DNA from: Gammaproteobacteria bacterium
Lineage (GTDB): Bacteria; Pseudomonadota; Gammaproteobacteria; UBA4575
Direction: 5' to 3'
Assembly (NCBI GenBank): GCA_965222615.1
Contig: CBDCUI010000008.1
Span: 352,001 to 416,000, forward strand
Length of the DNA stretch: 64,000 nt
The notes beneath the pieces are model-generated. The model was not told the DNA's origin and searched no databases. It was given only the letters and a program-made list of their open reading frames with translations. This document shows, one piece after another, positions 21,873 to 32,096 of this stretch. How positions within the stretch are numbered: position 1 is the stretch's first letter; each line of letters begins with the position of its first letter. The position numbers and the translations under genes were made by a program.

Positions 21873-22206
21873 GCATAAAGCTGATTAAACGTTAATGTTA
21901 CCGATGGAGAGAGCTTGATGCTAGTTTGCCTGCTGTATATTTTGTGGCTTTACAAATAAATGCAGCCTAATCAGCGATAAACGGTATGGATTAGTTTAGA
22001 ATTTCATGTGATTTATTAAAATCGCGTATTTCACCCATTATGATTGCTATTTAAATATACAACTTTAGTCAATTGACGAACAGCTTCGTTTATACAATAT
22101 ACGGCATATTATGCCCGTCAATATTAAGCGATGATACTTCGCTTAAATATCTATATACATCCCAATAAATGCTTAATTTGCCTGATTTAGTACTTACCTT
22201 GCCGTT

Positions 22207-23067
22207 ATGAGCAAAAATAATAATATTCTGGCTCTTGTGGCTACATCTAAATATCTATTTCTAATTGAACTCGATAGTGGTGTAAAAAAAATAATTAATG
22301 ATAAATATGGGTTATTTTACGGGATTACTTGGGATAAGCATTTTATTTATGTTGCTGTTCGGTGGTATCCATCACTTATTCCAACATCGCGTATCGAAAG
22401 GCCGAGACTTCTAGTTTTTGATTACAATTTTAAGCTTCAAAATTGTCAAAGCTTTGAGATAGATGCTGGTGGACTACATCAAATTACCTACTTTGATAGC
22501 AAGCTATATTGTTCATGCTCAAGAGATGATAGTTTTATTGTAAAAGAAAATAATGAATGGCATATATGGTATCCGTCAAATTATATTGAACATCATAATA
22601 AAGATACACACCATTTTAATTCTATTTGGTTTAATGAAGGTAAGTTATTTGTTGTTGGACACAATAATGGCCCAAGTGATGTATGGGAGTTTTCATATCC
22701 AGATTTAACTATCAAGAATAAATTTCGCATAGGTACGCATATACATAACGTGTGGAAAGAAAATGATGTTTTGACTGTTTGTAATTCAGGGAGAGGAAGA
22801 ATAGAGACAGTAGAGAATCAAGTAATTTGCGAAACAGGAGGATTTCCCAGAGGTGTTGCCATAGGTGACGATATCAACCTGGTAGGTGTATCTGATATTG
22901 CTAATCGTAGTAACCGTTGGTTAACTAATGGCAAAGTTAATATTTACTCAAAAGATTGGAGGATACTGGATAGCTTGGATTTAGGAAAATGTGGCCAAGT
23001 TTTGGAAATTAGATTACTTGCAAATGATTGGGCGCATAACAGTGAGTTCAATGTTTCTCAAGCATAA
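22207..23067 (+). CDS. Hypothetical probable beta-propeller protein
   Basis: Repeating beta-blade-like segments (YGITWD..IYV, LHQI..F..KLY, HFNSIWF...LFV, IHNVW, FPRGVAI); AT-rich. Confidence 0.6.
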   Translation: MSKNNNILALVATSKYLFLIELDSGVKKIINDKYGLFYGITWDKHFIYVAVRWYPSLIPTSRIERPRLLVFDYNFKLQNCQSFEIDAGGLHQITYFDSKLYCSCSRDDSFIVKENNEWHIWYPSNYIEHHNKDTHHFNSIWFNEGKLFVVGHNNGPSDVWEFSYPDLTIKNKFRIGTHIHNVWKENDVLTVCNSGRGRIETVENQVICETGGFPRGVAIGDDINLVGVSDIANRSNRWLTNGKVNIYSKDWRILDSLDLGKCGQVLEIRLLANDWAHNSEFNVSQA

Positions 23068-23140
23068 TCTTTTTCAAACTAGCATTGAGTGCTATCACTT
23101 CAAACCATATTAATTTCAGCTTGAGAACTATAATAATTGA

Positions 23141-24100
23141 ATGATACAAATTGAATCGTTAAGTAATTGGTATACGCGCAGCCATATTAAATATGCTGCT
23201 AGTAGTGTATGGATTTTAGCAGTTCTTATATTTGTGGTTATGTATCTTTCAAAAAATTACCGTCAAATATCACAATATCAATGGGATTTAAATATATATT
23301 GGCTTTTTTTAGCATTTATACTAGCAATGTTACGAAGGCTTGTAGCCGCATTTAGATGGGCAATAATACTGAACTATAGTGAATCGAAGGCTATGTTACC
23401 AAGTACTATTTCTTGCTTTAAGCCTTTTTTTTATTCGAATCTTGCGAATTACATTCCAGGCAGCATTTGGGCGGTAGCAAGTCGGATTGAGTTAACACGG
23501 AGGCAGGGAATACCAATTAAGCAGAGTGCATTTAGCATGGCATATGAGTTAGGACTTAATTTAGTTCTAGGGTTAGCTGTAGGGATCTATGCTTTATTAA
23601 AATTTACTTCTTTTAATTATTCATCTGTAGCATTAATTAGCATTAGTATTGTGTTACTAACGACGTTGTTGATTTATCCAAAGATATGGAATGTTTTATT
23701 TAACATTTTATCTAATGTGTTTGGCTTAGATATTCCAAAAATAGAGGTTTATCCAACAAAGAACTTCGTTCTGTGGCTAGTATCCATTAGTACTTGGTTA
23801 TTAGGCGGTATTAGCCTATTTTGTCTTGTGAAGGCAGTCTATTTAGTTTTTCCATGGTCCCAATTCATACTGCTTATTTCGGCTTCAGCACTAGGGTGGA
23901 CAGCAGGATTTTTAGCAGTTTGGGCACCTTCCGGCCTTGGTGTACGTGAAGGGGTAACTGTTGGCTTGTTATTGAATGTTATTCCAGAATTAATCTTGGT
24001 TGCAGTTGTAATAGTAGATAGATTACTGATGTTATTAGTCGATTTAATATGGGCTGGTATTTTTATGCTTGGATCGGAATCATTTGATGGTGCACTTTGA
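23141..24100 (+). CDS. UPF0104 / lysylphosphatidylglycerol-synthase-TM family membrane protein (putative flippase)
   Basis: Multi-TM; RW, NLANYIPG, PSGLGVREG, DRLL motifs. Confidence 0.8.
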   Translation: MIQIESLSNWYTRSHIKYAASSVWILAVLIFVVMYLSKNYRQISQYQWDLNIYWLFLAFILAMLRRLVAAFRWAIILNYSESKAMLPSTISCFKPFFYSNLANYIPGSIWAVASRIELTRRQGIPIKQSAFSMAYELGLNLVLGLAVGIYALLKFTSFNYSSVALISISIVLLTTLLIYPKIWNVLFNILSNVFGLDIPKIEVYPTKNFVLWLVSISTWLLGGISLFCLVKAVYLVFPWSQFILLISASALGWTAGFLAVWAPSGLGVREGVTVGLLLNVIPELILVAVVIVDRLLMLLVDLIWAGIFMLGSESFDGAL

Positions 24101-24116
24101 ATTGGAACTCGCCATG

Positions 24117-25028
24117 TTAATTCTTAGGTGATAAGGCAAAAGCGGCAAATCTCTCTATGGCTGCTAAAGGTAATTTTATGTTGGGTTTTGTTTTGCCTTT
24201 CCATAAAACTCCAAATATATCATTGGATAAAATTAATTTTAAGGGGCTAAGGCTAACAATTTCAAGTACTTTGCCTGCAAGACCTAAAAAAGCTGGATAT
24301 ATAGTATCTCTATTGTCACCGTATTTATCTTTGCCTTGATTCCAACGAGCTTGGGCAGGCATAAATTGTTCTAGCCATAGGCGTTGCTTTAATCCACAGT
24401 TTTCTATTGTTTGATAAAGCATAGGAATATCTTGCTCATTAATGTGAATTTTTTTTTCTGATTCACTACGAGGCTCTTTTGGGAATTTTTTGTTGACAAG
24501 ATTAAGCATTGGGAATGTTATATCGTAAACCCATCGATTAGGTAATGTATGTATTATTGCGTACCCATCAGTTTTTAGAACACGACGAACTTCGAGGAGC
24601 ATAGATTCTAATTGATTGGGTAGTAAGTGCTCAATAATGTCTAGCATTGTGATTCTGTCAAAGCTATTATCAGCAAAAGGTAAACTGCATGCATCGCTAC
24701 GTATTAATTCGATGTTAAATGAAACGCTACTTTTTTTACTTCTGACATGAGTAAGTTTTTTTGCAAAATCAAGGGCTGCAAAAGAATAATCAAGACCAAT
24801 TGCATCTGCACCTCTTTCAGCAGCAAGCAGTGGCATTTCACCTCTGCCACATGCAATATCTAATAGCTTTAGTTTAGGACTTACATTGGCAAGCTCAAGT
24901 GCACGAACAAGACGTGGTCGGGCTACTAGTGTATCCTGTTCAAGTAATTCTTTGTTTGCCTTACTCCCCCATGCTGAAGCCAACCATGCTTTATCATAAA
25001 CATCAGATTTTACTGGTTTTTGATTCAT
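24117..25028 (-). CDS. Class I SAM-dependent methyltransferase
   Basis: LLDIACGRG, GLDYS, DACSLPFADNSFD, IIEHL, RVLK..G. Confidence 0.9.
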   Translation of the reverse strand: MNQKPVKSDVYDKAWLASAWGSKANKELLEQDTLVARPRLVRALELANVSPKLKLLDIACGRGEMPLLAAERGADAIGLDYSFAALDFAKKLTHVRSKKSSVSFNIELIRSDACSLPFADNSFDRITMLDIIEHLLPNQLESMLLEVRRVLKTDGYAIIHTLPNRWVYDITFPMLNLVNKKFPKEPRSESEKKIHINEQDIPMLYQTIENCGLKQRLWLEQFMPAQARWNQGKDKYGDNRDTIYPAFLGLAGKVLEIVSLSPLKLILSNDIFGVLWKGKTKPNIKLPLAAIERFAAFALSPKN

Positions 25029-25082
25029 ATAAAAAATATTATTTTTTAGTGAAGAGCAGTATTAAAAAACAGTAGGATATAG

Positions 25083-27266
25083 TTAATTGATATCTGTTTC
25101 TATAACATTAATTGCTTGAAGTTTATTATTCACTAGTATTGTTGCATGGCTTGATTCTAGATAACCATTACTGTCTATTAATGTTGGGTCATTTTTCTGT
25201 ACAGCTTCTAAAAATGCCTTTGTTTGTGCACTATGTCCAAAATCGGATGACACCCAATTGCTATATCGTTTAACTCTTTCCCCGTTAGCTAAGGTTAGTT
25301 TTTTGAAGTCTGTTAATGAAGCAGATTTATTATCACAGTGCACTTCCACTCTTTCACGGGAATAAGATGTGCTGCCATTTGATAAATAATTGATTGTTGC
25401 AATTGAACCGTCAGAAAATTTGAGTGTAATATGTACATTGTCTTCATTAATTAAGCCAGTATCATTCCCATTTAGTGCGGATATATCTATATCAATGATT
25501 GTTGCATTGACAAACCAATAACAGAAATCTATGAAATGGCAGGCCTCGCCGAGAATTACTCCTCCTCCTTGTTGAGGGTCATGTAACCAGTGATTTTCAG
25601 GCCTGAAACCTACATTTGAACGATAATGGATAGACAGTGGTTGTGCACGACTACCAAAAAAGCTTCGCATCTTGATGGCCATCGGGGCGTATCGACGATT
25701 GAATCCAACTAATAAAATTCGTCCAGAGCGTTGTTGGGCATCGTTAACTGATTTTAATTCACTCTCAGAGAGCGCAAGAGGCTTTTCTATAAATACATGC
25801 TTACCAGCATCTAACGCTGAAACAGTTAATTCTGCATGGGTGTCATGACGTGTGAGAATATAAACACAGTCTGAGTCTTTATCTGTAAGAATTGAATCAG
25901 GTTCTGATGTACAGAAATTAAACTTATATTTTTTACCTAGAGCCTTAGCTCTTACACCGGTAGCTGAGTTGATCCCTCTAAGCTCTACATTTTTAATACG
26001 ACTTAACAGAGGGATAAGTTCGTTTGTTGCATGGCTACCAGAGCCTATAATGCTAACTCCTACTTTAGCTTTGCTATTTTTAGATACAGCAGGTAATACA
26101 TCTTGCAAAGGAATCACATGTTCTTCATTAAATTCTTCTACATGGGGGTAACGCAAAACTATTGCAATTGAATGTTCACCATTATCGTCTGCAATAACAT
26201 CAAATGCTTTCTTAGCCTCATCTACGTCAAATTCATGTGTCACTAACGGGTTAAGATCAATTTTTTGTTGTGAGACTAAATTTAGAAATGCAATCATGTT
26301 TCGATTTTCAGTCCAGCGAACGTAACCAATAGGGTAATCGATACCATTTTCTTCATAGTTTGGGTCACCGGTACCAGGTCCATACGCATACGAGGTACAA
26401 AATTCTAGTTCTTTAAATAAATAAGTTTCTCTTGGCACCTTCATTTCGGTCCTGCCGACCGCTACGATACGAGCTTTGTGGCGAGCAATCTGCCCTGCAA
26501 GCATAGCAGGCCCATTATCTGCAGTTGTTGCCGTAATGATTGCAGAGTCAGCACCTTGTCCGTCAGAAAAAGCCATAACTTGTTCAACTAAATTATCAAC
26601 ATTTGAATTCGCCGTTTTGCAGTATCCACGATTTTGAATAAAAGAAAGCTGTTGTTCATCTACGTCTATTCCAAATACATTGCACCCGGCTGCACGTAAT
26701 ATTTGTACAGTTAATATGCCAACTAGTCCTAAACCAATTACAACAACATTTTCGCCAAGTTTTACATTTGCAATGCGTACACCTTGCATAGCAATAGCAC
26801 CGACTGTCGTAAATGCTGCATAGCGCAAATCCACATTATCTGGTACAGGCGCACAAAGATTACGCGGTACAGATACGATCTCCGCATGATTAGCTAGACC
26901 AGCGCCAGCACATGCAACAGTGTCCCCGATTTTTAAACCCTTAACTCCGGTCCCGACTTTAATTACTTTACCTGCACTTGAATATCCAAGCACTATGGGC
27001 ATATCTAGACTCCTATCTGCCGCGTGATATGCAGTTAATAGTCCTTGCGTGCGTATAACCTTCATAACTTTCTGTACTTGTTCAGGTCGAGCTCTTGCTT
27101 TACCTATAAGACTCATTTTACCTAGTTTAACTGTCCCACCTTCTGTCCCTGTGCTTATCAAGGAAAAATGATTACGAACTAGGATATGCCCGTGCTTTAA
27201 TGTTGGTATAGGGACTTCATCAACTGAAATATCGCCGTTTCTAAGATTTTCTAATATTTGTTTCAT
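25083..27266 (-). CDS. Bi-domain oxidoreductase (MDR/Zn-ADH-like plus Gfo/Idh/MocA) of glycan biosynthesis clusters
   Basis: SLISTGTE, GYSSAG, GLGLVG, YGPG..DP.YE..G.DYP.GYVRWTE.RN; second domain IIGSG, HVFIEKP, VGFNRRY, GEACHFID. Confidence 0.9.
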   Translation of the reverse strand: MKQILENLRNGDISVDEVPIPTLKHGHILVRNHFSLISTGTEGGTVKLGKMSLIGKARARPEQVQKVMKVIRTQGLLTAYHAADRSLDMPIVLGYSSAGKVIKVGTGVKGLKIGDTVACAGAGLANHAEIVSVPRNLCAPVPDNVDLRYAAFTTVGAIAMQGVRIANVKLGENVVVIGLGLVGILTVQILRAAGCNVFGIDVDEQQLSFIQNRGYCKTANSNVDNLVEQVMAFSDGQGADSAIITATTADNGPAMLAGQIARHKARIVAVGRTEMKVPRETYLFKELEFCTSYAYGPGTGDPNYEENGIDYPIGYVRWTENRNMIAFLNLVSQQKIDLNPLVTHEFDVDEAKKAFDVIADDNGEHSIAIVLRYPHVEEFNEEHVIPLQDVLPAVSKNSKAKVGVSIIGSGSHATNELIPLLSRIKNVELRGINSATGVRAKALGKKYKFNFCTSEPDSILTDKDSDCVYILTRHDTHAELTVSALDAGKHVFIEKPLALSESELKSVNDAQQRSGRILLVGFNRRYAPMAIKMRSFFGSRAQPLSIHYRSNVGFRPENHWLHDPQQGGGVILGEACHFIDFCYWFVNATIIDIDISALNGNDTGLINEDNVHITLKFSDGSIATINYLSNGSTSYSRERVEVHCDNKSASLTDFKKLTLANGERVKRYSNWVSSDFGHSAQTKAFLEAVQKNDPTLIDSNGYLESSHATILVNNKLQAINVIETDIN

Positions 27267-27284
27267 AACATGTAAAGTTTTAAC

Positions 27285-28238
27285 TTATGATAATTTTGGC
27301 CTGGCAATAATAATAAAGCCTTTAGTTAATAGTTCGTGCTCATCATAGTCAGAAAGTTCGACCCGAATATCGGGTGTGAGTAATTTTTCGCCTTCTTTTC
27401 CTATTGGTAACCACTCAATAATCTCCATATGTTTTTCAAATTCTTTGCGATATTCATTTTCTCTTAACTCATTTAACCAAGAAGGTATATCTGGAAAGTG
27501 TTTGTCACGCAAATGGTCCCAAGGCGGTACAGTATCTGATGGCTCTGTATCTGGATATTTCCACGCAATATGATGCCCCCCTGAGAGACTTGTAAAATTG
27601 TGTACATATATATATGTAATGCCATCAGGTTTAAGTATGCGTTTTAATGTAAGTACTGTACCTGGAATATCTGCAATATGTTCAAAAACTTCGTGCGACA
27701 CAACTAAGTCAAATGTGTTTTCTGGGAAATCTGTATTTACAATACTCATTCTCCTCACATCTACATTATTAAATTTAAGTGGAAAGGGTGATAGTGAAGC
27801 AAGTTGGTTATAATATGGTTTAGAATAAAACTTATCCCAAACATATGTGCGTAGCATTCTTTCGATACCATTTTCACGAAAAATACTAAAGTACTTCGAT
27901 AGTTGGTTATTCGAGGATGTGAATTCAATGTCTATACCAGTTACATTCATTCCGTAATTATGCATTAATAAGGTTAACCAATACGCTTTTCCGCAACCAA
28001 CCTCTAGTGCTCTTAGTTTTTTTTCATGTATACCAAGCGCATTTAATTTGTTCACCATATTTTCGAAAAATTCATAATGTTCTACAGCAAAGTCAAGATT
28101 GTGCGCATTTCCATAACGAATCATTGATAAAAACAAACCTAGGCGTTTGAACAAACCTATTGGCACATCAAACATACTGTGAGTAGACTTATTATTTATT
28201 CGCAAATTATGAGACTGACTATTTTCAGACGGTTGCAT
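27285..28238 (-). CDS. Class I SAM-dependent methyltransferase
   Basis: LEVGCG, GID, FDLVVSHEVFEHI, RILKPDG. Confidence 0.88.
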   Translation of the reverse strand: MQPSENSQSHNLRINNKSTHSMFDVPIGLFKRLGLFLSMIRYGNAHNLDFAVEHYEFFENMVNKLNALGIHEKKLRALEVGCGKAYWLTLLMHNYGMNVTGIDIEFTSSNNQLSKYFSIFRENGIERMLRTYVWDKFYSKPYYNQLASLSPFPLKFNNVDVRRMSIVNTDFPENTFDLVVSHEVFEHIADIPGTVLTLKRILKPDGITYIYVHNFTSLSGGHHIAWKYPDTEPSDTVPPWDHLRDKHFPDIPSWLNELRENEYRKEFEKHMEIIEWLPIGKEGEKLLTPDIRVELSDYDEHELLTKGFIIIARPKLS

Positions 28239-28274
28239 ATTTAGGAGTCATATGGAAGTTAAGAAAAAAATTCA

Positions 28275-29057
28275 TTATTTGTTTGCAGTGATCATAATAT
28301 GCCAACCCCAATGTTTAGATAGAAAGTTATATATTAGTTTTGGTGTTATTGAAAACAACTTTCCATATCCTTCACCATATACATATTCCAGTTTCAAGTT
28401 AACTTTGGAAAATTGTTTAAACATTATTTTTACTTCTCTAATAGTAAATCGTCTCACGACAGGACATAATTCGTCTTTATCCTCAAATGGTACACGAGTT
28501 ATGCGATGAACAATTTCATTAATAGAACGACGGTGATATAGCATTATTCTCCCCTCCCCTCCAGGGCGCAAAACTCGATATACTTCAGTAATTGTTTTTT
28601 CTGTATTGGCAGCATGATGTAACACACCAAAAGAATACACATAATCAAAAGAATTGTCTTTTATAGGTAACAAGCCCGCATCTCCAACTAAAAAAGAACC
28701 ATCAAAGTTACATTTTTGGAATCTATTTTTTGCAGTAGAAACACCTATTTCAGTAAGATCTAAAGCTGTGACTTTTAGACCATTTTTCGCCATTGAAAAA
28801 GTATCCATACCAATACCACATCCTAGTTCTAAGACGGTTTTATCCTTTTGCATGGAATTTATCCAAGGTATTAAATGACGGTGTGAGCGGTACCTTTGTG
28901 CTTCAAGTTCAGAAAAGTATTTATTTTCACCTCTTGAAGATTGAGTAACAGGGTTACCCATAATACGTTCAGCATTTACATTGCGAGACCAAAAATCTTG
29001 TATATCACGTGTTAAAGATTCGCGGTTTTCTATATCAGAAGGTTCAATATTTTGCAT
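28275..29057 (-). CDS. Class I SAM-dependent methyltransferase
   Basis: VLELGCGIG, DNSFDYVYSFGVLHH, RVLRPGG. Confidence 0.9.
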   Translation of the reverse strand: MQNIEPSDIENRESLTRDIQDFWSRNVNAERIMGNPVTQSSRGENKYFSELEAQRYRSHRHLIPWINSMQKDKTVLELGCGIGMDTFSMAKNGLKVTALDLTEIGVSTAKNRFQKCNFDGSFLVGDAGLLPIKDNSFDYVYSFGVLHHAANTEKTITEVYRVLRPGGEGRIMLYHRRSINEIVHRITRVPFEDKDELCPVVRRFTIREVKIMFKQFSKVNLKLEYVYGEGYGKLFSITPKLIYNFLSKHWGWHIMITANK

Positions 29058-29060
29058 GGT

Positions 29061-30245
29061 TTAAATTCTGGTAAGTTCAAAATCGAGCTTCGCTAAAGCA
29101 AGTGCCATCCAGGCATTGCACCAGCGAAGTAATGTAAAACGTTTTATGTAAATCGAAGTTTTTTGATAATAAAATCTTCCACAATCGTTATACATATTAT
29201 TAATTGCCCAGGAAGCGATTCTCTCGCTAAGACCTGGGTAAGAATCTAGATGTCTACTGAAGGTGATTACTCCCTGTGCGGCGCCGTGTATATCATGTGG
29301 GTAATCTTTATCACTCATCCACTTTGGTGCGCCATCCTCATTGAACAATGATGTTGCATAAAACTCTAGTCCAAGATGATATGCATTAATATATGTATTA
29401 TCGTTAGTTGTTTGAGTATATCTCCATAATGCATCTAGGATGAATCCCGTATGGTAATTGTCATGCTTAATAGGAGAATCTTGAGGTGGATCAGTGTAAA
29501 ACCATGCACCGTAATCAGTTTGTTGATTTACTACATAATTTACTAAACGTTTTGAAATATTCATATATTTCATGTCATCAGAGAGGACACAATACTGACT
29601 TATTACCGAACCTATTAAAATGCTAACATCCATGACTCGCATTTTCATAGCTATCGGCATATAAGATAGGCATAGTTCCGTAGAAGTATTTTTTAATTCA
29701 ACTAAATCATTTAGTAGAAATTGAATTGCGTCATTGACGGTGTCTAAATACTCACGATTTTTTGTTTCGCGATAAGCGTCAAGAAATGCTTCGCATGCGA
29801 AGCAAGTAACTATTGCATTAGGTGTGTTAGTTTTTGCATAGAATCCAAGGTCTTGCCATGGATAGTAGTAGCCCCAACAAATTCCACTCCAATTTCCTGG
29901 TGAGCGTAATTTAATTAGTAAATCAAGTAAATTTTGAGCTTCTACAAGATATATATCACGTTTGTGAAATTGATAACGGTATAGTAAGCCTCTAATAAAT
30001 AGTGATAAGCCTTTTGGATTATAAGTCTGTGGGACCAAAAGAAATGGTCTTACATTGATTGGAAATCTCATTATGCCTTGGATGGCAAATATTCTACTCC
30101 ATTTACTCCACCCCAATAATATTTTTAAAAGAGGGCTGTTCAATGCGTCATGTTTATTGTGCCCACGATATTTTTGATCGCTACTCCACTTATAAACCTG
30201 ATCGAGGATAAGATTTAATTTTTTAGAAGATAAAGCTTCGTTCAC
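29061..30245 (-). CDS. Probable (alpha/alpha)-barrel sugar-modifying protein of glycan clusters
   Basis: NPKGL, WGYYYPWQ, PNAIVT, Q..YGAWFY, DNYHTGF, DIH..AQG, GRFYY, RW..AW; helical repeat pattern recalled from proteins beside DUF354 genes. Confidence 0.65.
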   Translation of the reverse strand: MNEALSSKKLNLILDQVYKWSSDQKYRGHNKHDALNSPLLKILLGWSKWSRIFAIQGIMRFPINVRPFLLVPQTYNPKGLSLFIRGLLYRYQFHKRDIYLVEAQNLLDLLIKLRSPGNWSGICWGYYYPWQDLGFYAKTNTPNAIVTCFACEAFLDAYRETKNREYLDTVNDAIQFLLNDLVELKNTSTELCLSYMPIAMKMRVMDVSILIGSVISQYCVLSDDMKYMNISKRLVNYVVNQQTDYGAWFYTDPPQDSPIKHDNYHTGFILDALWRYTQTTNDNTYINAYHLGLEFYATSLFNEDGAPKWMSDKDYPHDIHGAAQGVITFSRHLDSYPGLSERIASWAINNMYNDCGRFYYQKTSIYIKRFTLLRWCNAWMALALAKLDFELTRI

Positions 30246-32095
30246 TTGTCATCCTCAAACTCAGCCATCCAAATGTGTGTTAAAAGCATTAAATAAATCA
30301 TAAAGTAGTGCCATCTACACCATTTTTTTGGTTGTTGACTTAGAACATTTTGAATGAATATCGGGTTAAATAATCCATAGTGTGCAATGGAATCAGGAGA
30401 TAACCATCTATCAATCAATGGCATTAATGAGTTATTCACAAACGAAGGAGCATCAACTTGAAACCCACTTTTTGGCCTATTAAGAATTTGCGCGGGTAGT
30501 ACATCACCTAGCATTTGCTTCATGTAGCCTTTTAACTTACCTTTTGGCATTAACACGTTTCGTTTCATTGAGTTAACTTTGTTTGAAAATTTAATATCTA
30601 AATATGGAACTCGTACTTCCAAACCTTCTGCCATACTTAGCCGATCTTCTTGCCAGAGAAAATCATTAACCATCTTATTTTCCCATTCGAACATAGCCAT
30701 CGATTTAACTGGGTCATTATTATTGGGCCATAAATTTTCTAATATTGTAAATGCATCAGGTAAATCTGAGTCAAGCATGCGCGGCCCGTATAAGAAATTA
30801 CGCATGCTTGTAGAATCCCAAATATTGCGAAGTAACCCATATACTCTAAACCAGTTGTTTGAGGCAGCAAGCATTTGTAATGCTCGTTGTGGTTCGGTCC
30901 ATTGAATTGGGGCTATCTTTTCAGCAAATAAGTTTCCTATGTTCGCAACTTTGTGAGCTATTTGGGATGGTAAGTAACGACTAATTTGATGCGATCGGTT
31001 GAATATCCGATGGGCGTTATATCCGTAAAACAGTTCATCAGCACCTAGACCTGAAAGTGCAACTTTTACATGTTGTGATGTATGCTGTGCAAGCCTACTT
31101 ACCTGGTAAGCATTGATTTTTGGTACTTCAAGATGTCTGACTAAACGAGATAAATCAGATATTTCTGAAGGTATCATCTCACAGATGTTTTCAATATTAA
31201 GTAGCCTCGCAGTTGCAGCAGCATTCTCGGCTTCATTAGGATCATCACCAGCATTCAATGTAAAACTTCTTAGATTCTGGCCTGAACGTTTTGCTAGTGC
31301 GCAGATAGCTGCTGAATCGATTCCACCAGACAAGTAGCAACCAACTTCAACATCAGCAATGCAGTGTAAATCAACTGCTTCAATAAGTGTTTCTAGTAAG
31401 TTATTTTTTGTGTCGGAAAAATCTGGTTTTAATTTGTGCAACTCTTGTTTGCCATTAGTATGCCAAATAAAAACATTACCAGGTGCAATTTGTTTTATGT
31501 TTTGAAACATAGTTATATCACCAGGGAGATAACGAAAATTAAGTAGTAAATGCAATGCAGCAGGATCGATTTTAGTAGAATAATTTTTATGCGCGAGAAT
31601 TGCTTTTGCTTCAGAACCAAACACTAAATTCTTGTTTGGTAATGTGCTCACAAAAAGAGGTTTAATTCCTATTGGATCACGAACAAGTAAACCCATTTTA
31701 TGCCTCGCATCCCAAAGCACAAAGGCATACATACCGCGTAAACGGTTGAAGCCTCTCCATCCATATTGTTGATAAAGCTGCAGGATTACTTCTGTATCTG
31801 ATTCAGTGTGAAATGTACTGCCTTTCGAGATTAATTCTTTTTTAAGTGTTTGGTAGTTGTATATTTCTCCATTAAAAGTAATAACCATCTGTCCATCATC
31901 AGTTTGCATAGGTTGTTTCCCGCCATTGATATCAATTATAGACAGGCGTGTATGAGCTAATCCGACATGATTCGATATATAGGTATCATTGCCATCTGGT
32001 CCACGATGAGCAATAGCTGTGAGCATTTGCTGTAACATTTTTTGTGCGTTATCGATTGTAGGGTTTTGCGAAAACCAACCTGTAATGCCACACAT
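30242..32095 (-). CDS. Asparagine-synthase-like glutamine amidotransferase (probably glycan amidation)
   Basis: MCGI, HRGPD, RLSIID, NGEIYN, SDTEV, LSGGIDS, SGLGADELF.GY, LEVRVPYLD, RPKSGF. Confidence 0.92.
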   Translation of the reverse strand: MCGITGWFSQNPTIDNAQKMLQQMLTAIAHRGPDGNDTYISNHVGLAHTRLSIIDINGGKQPMQTDDGQMVITFNGEIYNYQTLKKELISKGSTFHTESDTEVILQLYQQYGWRGFNRLRGMYAFVLWDARHKMGLLVRDPIGIKPLFVSTLPNKNLVFGSEAKAILAHKNYSTKIDPAALHLLLNFRYLPGDITMFQNIKQIAPGNVFIWHTNGKQELHKLKPDFSDTKNNLLETLIEAVDLHCIADVEVGCYLSGGIDSAAICALAKRSGQNLRSFTLNAGDDPNEAENAAATARLLNIENICEMIPSEISDLSRLVRHLEVPKINAYQVSRLAQHTSQHVKVALSGLGADELFYGYNAHRIFNRSHQISRYLPSQIAHKVANIGNLFAEKIAPIQWTEPQRALQMLAASNNWFRVYGLLRNIWDSTSMRNFLYGPRMLDSDLPDAFTILENLWPNNNDPVKSMAMFEWENKMVNDFLWQEDRLSMAEGLEVRVPYLDIKFSNKVNSMKRNVLMPKGKLKGYMKQMLGDVLPAQILNRPKSGFQVDAPSFVNNSLMPLIDRWLSPDSIAHYGLFNPIFIQNVLSQQPKKWCRWHYFMIYLMLLTHIWMAEFEDDK

Positions 32096-32096
32096 A

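Noticed and set aside
30242-32095. Housekeeping asparagine synthetase asnB
   Set aside because: It is coupled to glycan genes in the island, so a glycan amidotransferase role fits better
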